Positions 1-10,236 of a DNA stretch of 64,000 nucleotides are shown one piece after another. Origin of the DNA: Camelus dromedarius. Lineage: Eukaryota. The stretch spans positions 98,024,001-98,088,000 of the forward strand of contig NC_087436.1 of NCBI RefSeq assembly GCF_036321535.1. Reading direction: 5' to 3'. Position 1 is the stretch's first letter. Every line of letters starts with the position of its first letter. The position numbers were made by a program, and so were the translations under genes. A model generated the notes under the pieces. The model did not search any database and was not told the DNA's origin. It was given only the letters and a program-made list of their open reading frames with translations.

Positions 1-399
1 TCTGTCACTTATCCAATTAATTATAAAGTTGTTTCACGAAAAATTAAATGTTTTTTCCTTGAAATGTTGACTTAAACTCCTAAAAGTCACATTTAAGTAA
101 TTTGTGACATAATGTTGAAGTTAACATTATGCATGACTATAATAATTTGAGCTATAATATCCTTTACACTCTCAAATAAGCTGTGATAAAAATACAGATA
201 TGCTTACCAAATATTTATTCAGTTAAGTATTTTTAAAAATTCATTCTGTAAGAACAAATTAAAGGAATTTGAATCCAAAAATAGATTTTTTTAATTCTTC
301 ACTTAAATATTTTAGTTTTTCTCATTTCTTATTTAAAATGATACTTTATATTTTGGGCTTAGAATGGGAAAATAGGATCTACACCTAAATTCCATTAAG

Positions 400-545
400 C
401 TAAATCCTGGATCTGATAACAAAAGCCATTAGTAATTTCCTGTTATGGACTTAATTTTTTTTTTAAGTTTTAATTTCCATAAAATTAAGAGTTTTGCCAC
501 ATTATCACTAAGTTCCATTGAGATCTAAATTCTTGGATTCTATGG
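400..545 (+). mobile_element. MIR/MIR3-like SINE remnant
   Basis: atcactaagttccattgagatctaaattcttggattctatg resembles the MIR3 3' end (atctctaaggtcccttccagctctaaaattctatgattct); highly diverged. Confidence 0.4.
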
Positions 546-999
546 TAAGAAATTGGTTTCTATGGTAACTTCCTGTTTTTGTTGTTGTTTTGTTTTAACA
601 TGTTGTCCATAATACATGGATATGAGAAAACACTGGATAGATTGAAAGGGTCTTAGTCCTCACTTTCAATGTGAGGCATATTTATTTCATTTAAAAATAG
701 GTTTTATAGTGGCAAAAAAATACAGAAATGATCTGTGTAACATCTATATCTGTGTCAGATTCTGTTTAATTGCTGAAGTTCTTCATAATATTATCATTAA
801 AATTAACAAAGATCAATGTCATGTTAAGATCATAACAGACCATTCATCACTTTAGAGTACCCTACACCCATAAACAGAAAGCTGAACAAAATATACAAAG
901 CAAATATTTTTAGATACTGGACAGTGGGTAACACAGAAATGTGAATTCTGTGGGTAGGGAAAAATATTAAATAAAACATACAATTGTTCAGCTTTCCTC

Positions 1000-1860
1000 T
1001 TATTGTCACTTTCCAGACTGTAATGTAGGAAGGAGCAGTCCAAAAATATCATGATGGTCACCATGGAGGTAAGAGTTGGGGATACAGAGGCTGTTAAAAA
1101 TTTTTACTAGAGAGGTACTAGAGAGGGTACTAGAGAGGAAGAAGTCCTTAAATATGAATAGGGGTTTTTTGAACTGTCTAAATAATAATCTGTGCATGCA
1201 TAGGACAAGACCATAGGTTGTGAATGAAAAGTATAGGGGAGCTGAGCTGAATAGATACTACAGAAGTTTCAAAATGCTGGAAGCAGTTCAATTTCCAAAG
1301 AGTCAGTCAGCACAGAGGTGCATCAATGACAACTCTTGCATTCAGTTTAGATCTCAGAAAGGCCATGTACTAACAGTGGAGGACTTCACCCTTTAATGAG
1401 TACACTGGATCTAATTTAACAAAGATTAAAACAAACCACTGAGAAATTTGTTTTGATTAGGATGTAGAAAGTTTCAAGAAAACATTGTCCCTAATCTAAA
1501 GACAAAATTTTTTTGATAATCTATAAAATCATAACTTTACTGGAGCTCTTCAGTGGGGCTGAGTTTGTAGGACAGCTAGGTAAACTAAATTACAAATGGT
1601 GACAGGGCTCTTAGAGAAGAGATGGGACAGATGAACTGGTTCAATTGGGGAGAGTATTGGAAGACACTGACATGACATAAAAGATAAAAACAGTTAAAAC
1701 ACTTTTTAAAATACCTAAAGAGTGACTGTGTTTTTCTCCATCTTACAATTAGAATTTAGAATTCCTAAGAGCTGCAGGCACAAGGGAAGTCCACTCTCAC
1801 TCAACACTTCTTAACTTAGTGCCTCTACAGGGTACTCACAAGAAAAACACAAGGCTGGAG
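1000..1860 (+). mobile_element. Old L1M 5'-region fragments
   Basis: gatgtagaaagtttcaagaaaacattgtccctaatc...gataatctataaaatcataacttt resembles old L1M 5' UTR sequence; appears to resume at ~10240-10420. Confidence 0.45.
1105..1138. repeat. 3x tandem repeat of TACTAGAGAGG(G)
   Basis: Read directly: tactagagagg tactagagaggg tactagagagg. Confidence 0.9.
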
Positions 1861-2160
1861 ACCAGAGGTGCACCAGGGTGATAAGCCTGATCTGAACTAT
1901 GAGTTCCTCTTCTTGACCAACCCTGACTGTGACCTAATGACATTCAAATGCACCAATAAACCCCCACTTATGCCTTTTGCTCCTGTACTCCATCCTGCTC
2001 CCCAATAAAGACACTTGCCAATGGTCCTCCCTCCCTCTCTCCCTCTCCCTCTCTCTCTCACTATCACACACACACCATTTGGGAAGGCTCTCTGTCCTGC
2101 TGGAGTCCTTGTATGCTGCTTTGCATGGCTTTGTGTTACCTCTTCCAAGTGATGCCAGAA
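1861..2160 (+). mobile_element. 5' LTR (5'-truncated), MER70-like
   Basis: ggtgcaccagggtgataagcctg...ccctgactgtgacctaatgacattcaaatgcaccaat aligns by eye with ggtgcaccaatgtgataaggctg...ccctgactgtgacctagtggcatttaaatacattaat at ~8108-8200. Confidence 0.75.
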
Positions 2161-3289
2161 CTCTCCATCCTAAGTGTGTACTCTTAGAATCCTAATTCCA
2201 ATAACGTGCCTCAGGATATTGCTTCCAGCCATGATCTCATTAAGTAGGAGATTTAAGAATTTATACTATTACTCATTTAAAATTATACTATTGCTTCTGG
2301 GATCTTGAGTCATTGGCCTTGTGAACTGGTTATTTTTAGTGTTTCTTTGAGTGACTGTGATTTGAGGAAGGACCCATGTCAATAAAGGAGTTCCTTTATC
2401 TTGGAGTCTCTCTGAGTGCTTATTGCTGAGAGCCATCCTAGTCAGCTAAGGGCACCAGTGGGCTGCAATATGAATAGGTTACAGGCCTGCATCATTTAAT
2501 ATGTCCGTTGAACAGCACTTGGGGGAAACAGACAATTGGCTGTCCTCCCTCACAGTGTCAGTCTCCCTGTCTCTTGCCTCCATGCTGCCTACTAAGGGTC
2601 AGTAGCTGCAGCCCTTGCCATCGTTCTTCCTCCTGCAAACCCAAGCGATATCATGGATTCCATCCATCAAGATGGGTGGCTCAATGGAAAAAAGAAAAGA
2701 AATGGGAAAGAATTAATATTTGAATACCCCTCCTCCAAGAGGGGGATTTCTCAGCTCATTTGTGATTACAGATCTCCCAGTCAATTTGTGCTGCTACATT
2801 TGACATGGTAATAATCTCCTTAAAGCTGAATTGTTACAGACAAAAATAAATAAATAAAAGAAAAAATTGAGGCCATTATTGTTCTCCTAAATGTAGACTG
2901 CAGTCCCTTGGAGGTTGATGGAACATCCTAGAGAGGCCCTACCTGGCCAAATATCCAAGAGAGAAAATACTTTTAACCACAAAGAGATTCAAGTAATTTT
3001 AAAAATATTCTGCTTAAGAAGAAAAGGAGGAGGTGGGAGGGGGAAGACATTCTCTTGCAGACAGAGGTCATTCAGGGAAAGGTGGTCAAGAGGTTGACTA
3101 GGCCTCTTCCCTTTTCCCACTTTTCCTCTTACCAGCCAGAGACAGAAACTAATGACTCAGGTTTCAGGAAGCTAAAAGCCAAAAACAAGGAGAAAAAAAA
3201 AAGGAAAGAAACAAACTTTATGTACTTAGCAAATGCCAAGTCTAGCAAATATAATGCTAGCCCTAGATTACTTATTGATTTAATAATAA

Positions 3290-4008
3290 ACTTCTATAGA
3301 ACTACCATCCAGAACTTCCATTTTTGGATATTTATCTAAAGGAAGTGAAAACACTCAAAAAGATATATGCACCTCCCTGTTCACTGCAGCATTATTCACA
3401 ATAGCCAAGATATGGAAGCAGCGTAAGTGTCCATCAATGGATGAATGGATAGATAAAATGTGTATATATCTATATCTATATCTATATCTACATAGTGGAG
3501 TAGTATTCAGTCTTAAAAAAGAAGGAAATCTTGTGATTTGTGACAAGTTGGATAGACCTCTAGGGCATGATGATAAGTTAAATAAGTCACACAGAGAAAG
3601 GTAAATACTGCATGATCGCCCTTACATATGGGATCTAAAAAAAAAAAGAAAAAAAGAACTCATAGTTCTAAAGAACAGATTTGTGGTTGCCAGAGGCAGG
3701 GAATGGGTGGTAGGTGAAATGGGTGAATGGAGTCAAAAGGTCCAAACTTCCAGTTATAAAATAAATGTCACGGGGACATAATGAATAGCATGGTGATTGT
3801 ACGTAGTAATACTGAATTTGAAAGTTGCTGAGAGAGTAGATCTTAAAAGTTCTCATCATAAGAAAAAATATTTGTATCTATGTGTGATAACGGATGCTAT
3901 TGTGGTGATCATTTCACAATATGTACAAATGTAGAATCGTTACATTGCATACCCAAAGCTAACAGAATGTGTCTGTTGTATCTCAATCAAAAAAAACAAA
4001 ACAAAACT
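3290..4008 (+). mobile_element. L1 3' end (L1MA-like), inserted in the provirus
   Basis: Canonical L1 ORF2-end/3'UTR sequence (gcagcattattcacaatagccaagatatggaagc...gtgtccatcaatggatgaatggata) ending in an A-rich tail; internal (TATATC)n at ~3463-3490. Confidence 0.9.
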
Positions 4009-4303
4009 AGACACAGGGGAGAAAATAAAAGGTAATAAAATAATGTGTACATATAATCTTTTACTAAAATATATAATAAATATATCATATATGTCTATAT
4101 AAGTTGTATATCTATCTATATAACAAAATTAAAACAGTTTCATAATTTGATCCAATTGGAAATCCAAAATTTATACATAAAATTTATATACTAAAGAATT
4201 TGTATAACAGAAGATAAAACAGGCACAAATTAGACTTTGTGCCTGTACAACACAGGTTCTCAGCTAATTTTAACATTAGCTAAAATATATCAATTGACAA
4301 AAC

Positions 4304-4366
4304 TTTATGGATTTAATTTATACCAGGGCTCAAATTATAATTATACCTGGAGATTCTACTAAATTT
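4304..4366 (+). pseudogene. pro: Retroviral aspartic protease remnant
   Basis: Translates FMDLIYTRAQIIIIPGDSTKF, a decayed LIDTGAQxxIIPG active-site motif. Confidence 0.65.
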
Positions 4367-4599
4367 AAACATAGTGCCTCCTATAATCTTAAAAAAAAAT
4401 AACTAAATACAAATAGGGGAAAAACGAGTACGCCTCACTTTAACTGTAGCTTTTCCTAAATTTCTCATGGTCATAATACCTATGGTATGCTAAAATATTC
4501 CATATTCAGCATAGATGCTCTAACACAATGAATAATAAATTAAAATTAAAGTAAGTTTTTGACACTTACAAATTGACTTGATAAATGGAACTCCAGGGA

Positions 4600-6230
4600 C
4601 AATCCCCTCAGCTAATATGGCCCAAACTAAATTAAAATAGAGCCTTTGAAGATTAAAAATTTTTATATGAAACCTAATTAACAAAAGGGTGATTAACCTC
4701 ATGGCTTCTCTATCTGACACCCCAATTTTGTCTGCTCTTAAATCTGGGAAGAATAAAACTTGACAATAGATTTATACAACTGCATTCCTATCCATGAGGG
4801 CCTATGAACCCATCCATTAAGACCTCCACACTCATATATTAATACATAACATTATTAAAATTACTGATTCTATTCAATCAATAACCAGTAAATATTTTGC
4901 TCATATAGATTTGGCTAATGTTCTATTCAGTGCCTATCTCAACAGCCTCTCAACTGCAGTCTGCTTTCGCCTCTGAAGGGACACAATACACTTTTTCCAG
5001 ACTATTCTACCGGTGGAGCACCTCAGGGGCTTTGCTATAACACACAATCTTTGCAGACAAGATTTTCACTACATCCACCTTTCTCCAGGAACACAGGTAT
5101 GACATTACGTTGATAACATCCTCCTTCAAAGAGATTCATTTGACATACCTATTAATGACAAATGAGTCGAACATCTTTCAGTCCTTTTAGGTTACTGACA
5201 TATTCCTCATTTACAGATTTTACTTACACATTGAAACCTATAAGCACACTGCTAATGCCATCAGAAACTCCCTTCACTGTAAAGGCTTTGGCCACCTCTT
5301 CTTATGCCTCCTAGAGTCTCTGAATAACTTACAGTGGCCATTAGTTGCCCCAGGGCTTTAAATGCAATCAATTGCTTCTCTTCGCTTTGTGTTATACATC
5401 ATTCAAGCAACAAATGACTGGGTAGTAAGTGGGTTCTCCTGGAAACAGAGGTTCTCACAGACCCTGAGCCTGGGACCTTCCAAACCCAGTTGCTCCTTAT
5501 CCTTGGGTCATGAAAACAGCACTTCACAACCTCAGCACTGCTACTGAGGCCTCCTTAAGACAGAATGGAGCCAAATCCAGGCTCGCTGGTATATTCCACA
5601 TTAGGGAGAAAATGCTTTCCCCTATCCTCAATTACCAGGTTCCCCAGGTCACCCCTTCCCCAGACCTGGGACTACCTGGGAACCCCTGGGATTAACTGAG
5701 TGAACAGCAATGGGAGTTGATGGACTAACCATCATACGTGCTGAAGCTCTGTGGAATATTACTGCTTTCCATCCCTTACCTAGAATGTCCTTGATAAAAG
5801 ATGGGACCCGGGAAACAATATACTTGGCCAAACTTCAGGCAATCATCTGAGTTCCAGATGCCTTGGCCAACAATAGCCCCATCTTAACATTTATTATAAA
5901 GTAATAAACCACTTCCTAAAAGTTGCCTCCTTCAGGATGAAAAACTCTGAGAGATTCTTGTCCCACAGTTAACCAAAATATAAATCAAAATCATATATGT
6001 TTCTACATATACTAAGGTTGTAATGCAAAGCCTTGCCAGGGCACTCCTTATTCTCTTCAGAATTACAGACATTACTGGTAGTGACCAAAATGTACATTTT
6101 CTCTTTTCAAAAGACTGATGCTAGACTCTTGAAAGAAAAGTTCATTAGAACTTCCATTGCCTGGTAGGTCCAAAATAACTAGTTTAATTAAGAGACATAT
6201 TGCTCTCCTCAAACAACTCCTCTTCAAATT
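4600..6230 (+). pseudogene. pol: pol remnant (RT, RNase H, integrase), frameshifted and internally deleted
   Basis: KYFAHIDLAN (4890-4919), EGTQYTFSRL, HNLCRQD, HYVDNILL (5103-5126, decayed YxDD); RNase H-like VDG...LWNITAFHP...LAKLQAII (5710-5850); integrase-like SDQNVHF...LIKRHIALLKQLL (6060-6230). Confidence 0.8.
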
Positions 6231-7035
6231 CCAGTACCACCAATAAAACCCTAAAGTTCTGTATTTTTACCAGACCTTAACCTATTTTCACATATCTTAG
6301 GTCTTCCCCCCTGATCCTGGGCACATATTCTCCTGGGACTCATTAACTATATAGTTTGCCCCACAGGCCAGTCAGCTGCTCATCTGATATGGGATCGATT
6401 TGAACCTATATTTCCACCAAAACAAAAACAAAAACCATGTCAAGTACACCTGCACACCAACCTGTCGACTGCTGGTCTGTACGTTACTACCGGTGTGGGT
6501 GCTTCCATTGGTTTACAATCCAGGAACCCACATCAACTCTAGTGGGTACCCTCTTGGAAAGGATGCTCCAAAGCCACAATCCAGATGGCATTACCTAATC
6601 TGGGAATTCACCACTGTAGATGACATCACCTCAGACTTCACTCCCTGTGCCAGGGACACCTTCACAGGGACACTAAGGTCTCTGCCCAAGCAACGTCCAC
6701 AGAATGCCTTAAGGCCAAACTGGACATAGGACATTTCCTTTGATATCAGGAATTTTATTATGTTTCTGAGTTCACTGTCTGCTTAGCTTGTGATCTTGGT
6801 ATTTTTTTTTTTATTTCTGCTAAAACATTCATTCCTACACTATAGTGCCCAAAGGGAAATCTGGGAGAGGTTACTAAAATTAATGAAGATTATTGCTTTC
6901 CCCAGGAGGCACCTTCTTCATTTCAGTCAGCCTCCTGACTCTCTGGAAGAGGAACACCCACTTTCTGATACCTTTTCTTGCTGTCCTTTTCCAGCTTTTC
7001 ACCACCATCGTCTTGCATCTTGCATTTCCCATCAC

Positions 7036-7036
<1 letters not shown>

Positions 7037-7133
<97 letters not shown>
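7037..7133. repeat. Poly-C tract (C38-T-C58)
   Basis: Read directly; it produces the three poly-Pro ORFs. Confidence 0.95.
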
Positions 7134-7399
7134 TACAACCATCCTTTTCCCGTGGTCACACACAACACCACGTGCTCTCAGGCACCTTATGTTATGCATA
7201 ATGACAACTTCGGGTTTTCCTGTGGCCCAAATTCACAGGAACAGCATCTTTTATATTTTTCCTTGCCAACTCCCCAGCGTGGTTACCCTAATGAAGCCGT
7301 ACCCCAGCATGCAGTTGCTACACTGGGGATTCCCATAGTTCTTTATCCACCAGGTACCTCCCTGTTTTCATCAACCCAAGCATTCCAAGTAACATGAAG

Positions 7400-7723
7400 A
7401 ATATTTACTCCTATTTTAATAGGACTTGTCAGAGTCACAGGAGCCACCACCACTGACAACAGTATAGCATGCTTTATCAAATGAAATCAAGTCATAATTG
7501 TCAAATAACACTTTGCAGTGTCCCTTTACATCATATTCAAAGAATACATGGAACATTATTCCTTAGGCAACAAGCCCATAAGTCTCCAGCTCAAAGGATA
7601 AAAGATGACATTCTGGCTCTTGACAACTTACTAGCCAGGAAAAAAGGAGTTTGTGCCATTCAAGGTACATCCTGCTGCATGTTCATTATTAGCACTGAAC
7701 AGGTACAAAGTTATGAGAGATAG
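7400..7723 (+). pseudogene. env: env transmembrane subunit remnant (gamma-type)
   Basis: Fusion-peptide-like IFTPILIGLVRVTGATT at ~7402; ORF 7469-7723 contains DDILALDNLLARKKGVCAIQGTSCCMFI, an ISD-like segment followed by CX6CC. Confidence 0.8.
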
Positions 7724-7990
7724 GCCAAAAGGTTAAAATCTTTCATAACATAACCAGATTTTTCTAGCAGATTTCCTTAAAATCAGAGATACCGGACAAA
7801 TTCTGTTGGCAATTACACACAAAGTAGCATACTTTGGTTGAGAACTGGGTTTTAAATCTTCATCACGCACCCAATAGGACTCTTCCTAGCTGTTACTTTT
7901 GCCACAATTGACCCACTTTTTCACGCTGTCCCACTCACCTTAAACATCTCCACAACCAACATGACAAGTGTTATCCATCCCAATTAGTAT

Positions 7991-8440
7991 TGTTAATGAT
8001 GTTGAGACAGCACAGGGCCAATCATGTTGTACTTTTTAAAAACTTTATATTTTCTTGTTGCCTCAACATCCCCACAGACAGGCTGTGGGCACCCTGCCCA
8101 GGTGATCAGGTGCACCAATGTGATAAGGCTGGTCCCTGCCACAAGCTCCCCTTCTTTCCCTCCCCTGACTGTGACCTAGTGGCATTTAAATACATTAATG
8201 AAGTCCCTTCATGCCTCTGACTTATGCATTCCACTCTGATCCCCCAGCAAAGGCACTTTCCCCTAGGCCCTCACTATCTCTCAGCTCCCCACCTCCTTGG
8301 TTGAGCCCACATCCTTGGAACTCCTCTTATATGACCCCCTGCTTGGCATGCACCCCTCTTCTGGGACCTAGAAGTATAATAAATGCATTTCACTTTCAAA
8401 CCTCCATGATATTATTCTGTGCCTGCAACAGGCTGATCGT
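7991..8440 (+). mobile_element. 3' LTR, MER70-like
   Basis: Homologous to 1861-2060; AATAAA at ~8378; cacagggccaatcatgttgtac start matches the recalled MER70 consensus. Confidence 0.75.
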
Positions 8441-8479
8441 CAAAAAAAAAATTAATTTTTAAGCAATTTAATTATTTTG

Positions 8480-8670
8480 TATAACATAGTATATAAGCAA
8501 AACCATCACCAAATGTGAGTCAGAAACACTGCTCAGGCATAGGAACATTTACTGAGACAAACAGGAGGTCTCCAACTTACAGAAGATGGAATACGCCCCC
8601 AGTATATGAAAGGTAGAGCTTGGTTTATATGAGAAGTGGGGGAAAGAGGTGGCTGCTAAGGAAGCCCTAA
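8480..8670 (-). mobile_element. Possible LTR 3' fragment
   Basis: Minus strand shows TATA-like tataaacc followed by agtaaa and U5-like sequence; family not recognised. Confidence 0.3.
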
Positions 8671-8679
8671 CCCTAAAGC

Positions 8680-9711
8680 CCAGGTAAGTAAAACTTAAAA
8701 AACTGTTACAAATTTGTCAACAAGAAAAGTAACTCAATGTAAAAAAAAAAAAAAAATTTCGAAAAAGTAACAAAATAAGAGATTTTGGGTAAACTCTATA
8801 GGAGTTTTGTTTTGGAAATACCCAAAATTGTCTCTCAAATTTTGGTACTTAAAGCTTGAAACTAAGTCAGAAATTTCACTATCTGTGTCATTTAAAATAT
8901 ATTATAACATTAACTGCCGGGCAGGTCTAGGTTTAACTATTTTTGCCTTAGGAGAAAAAAAAAAAAATAAAACATAAGTTTCCACTCAGGAAACGGTGAT
9001 ATGACAGCCAATTCACAGTTGCTTGCTTTTTGGTTTTTGCCAGAGATTTAAGGGTTTTAAGGGTTAAAATTATAATATGTAATTAAAGCTCCTAAAATAA
9101 GTATTTGAATATACAGTGGGAAAGTATGTATGTTTTCAGTAAAAGAGTTTCATAAAAAAAATACTAATACATAATCAGGATTTTAAGTATTTAACAAATT
9201 CTAAAAATTCTACAGCTCCAGCTAACTTTGAGATGCTTTAAAGGGAAACCTGAGGCATTTTAGCTATTAAGTTAACTTGGATTTTTTTTTAAATATGTTA
9301 AGTTAAATATAATTAATCATAATTCTAGTAATTACAAACAAGTCTCTTTATCTACTGCAGTTGTTTAACCATGACTTTTAAGTCTTTTTGTTGTTACAGA
9401 CTGTCAAACTGCTGTTACAAAGGTGCTTCATCTTTAAGAAAATTCATCAAAAGCCAATGGAAACAGTGGGCTACAGCAGCCCCACAGCAGATGATGGCTA
9501 TGCGAGGATTCCAGCCCATACCCTCAGTCCTCAGATGCAGAAACAAAAGGCTGTCCTGCCCCTGGGGCCCCTCGATTAGACATTGAGAGATTTTTACTCC
9601 CTGATAGACAAGGTCAACACCCCTACTCACCCTGGAAGTGGTTTCAGAAGATGGACCTTCACCCCTCTGCAACCCCATAAGATTATGGAAGTAAAATCTC
9701 TGAGGGGGGAA
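8680..9711 (+). mobile_element. ERV1 (MER4/MER41-group) deleted internal region with env cytoplasmic-tail remnant and PPT
   Basis: AT-rich MER4-group-like internal sequence; FIKSQ...QQMMAMRGFQPIP resembles a gammaretroviral env tail; polypurine tract GAGGGGGGAA at 9702-9711 abuts the LTR TG. Confidence 0.7.
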
Positions 9712-10236
9712 TGAGACAGGAAGGGGGCAGGGCACAGCCAGTCAAGGAATGCTACAGCAATTAACATCAAAATGGTGAAAGATTCAACCCCCAGTAGGCC
9801 TTGAGGCTCAAGGTGGTGGGAGATTTAACTTCTAGTAGACCTTGAGCTTCATTATTCGCCCATTGTAATATATCAACATGGTGAATAACATGCCCACAGG
9901 CACCATGACAATCCCAAGGCTAGCCACAAAAGGTCAAAGAGTGGGAAATGGCCAACTTTCTGGGAATCTCAGTCCCTTCCCCAAACTAGTTAGACTGGTC
10001 CTTCTTGTTATTAGCATATGAAGCCACCAAGCCCATAAAAACTGGCAACACAGCACCTCGTGGCTGCTGCCCTCTCTCTCTACCACTTCAGAGATGGCCA
10101 GCACTCTGTCCATGGAGTGTGTACCTACTTTTACTCTAATCTGAGCACTCAACCCCCATACCTCGTGGCTTTTCTCTTGCCTTTCATTGTATCTCTCTAA
10201 GTAAATCAACCTTTACTTAAAAAAAGAAAACAAAAA
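9712..10236 (+). mobile_element. MER41-like ERV1 LTR (U3-R) ending in poly(A)
   Basis: Starts TGAGACAGG after the PPT; MER41-like motifs (acatgcccacaggcaccatgaca, attagcata, actctgtccatggagt); AGTAAA at 10200-10205, A-tail at 10219-10236, no U5. Confidence 0.75.

Larger units (their letters stand above)
1861..8440 (+). mobile_element. Degenerate class III (ERV-L/HERV-S-related) provirus, MER70-like: LTR-(gag)-pro-pol-env-LTR
   Basis: Paired direct-repeat LTRs flank protease, RT, RNase H, integrase and env TM motifs, all on + and in retroviral order. Confidence 0.8.

Noticed and set aside
6790..7397. Three overlapping poly-proline ORFs resembling formin/WASP-type proteins
   Set aside because: All arise from the poly-C homopolymer; the flanks have no formin or WASP features
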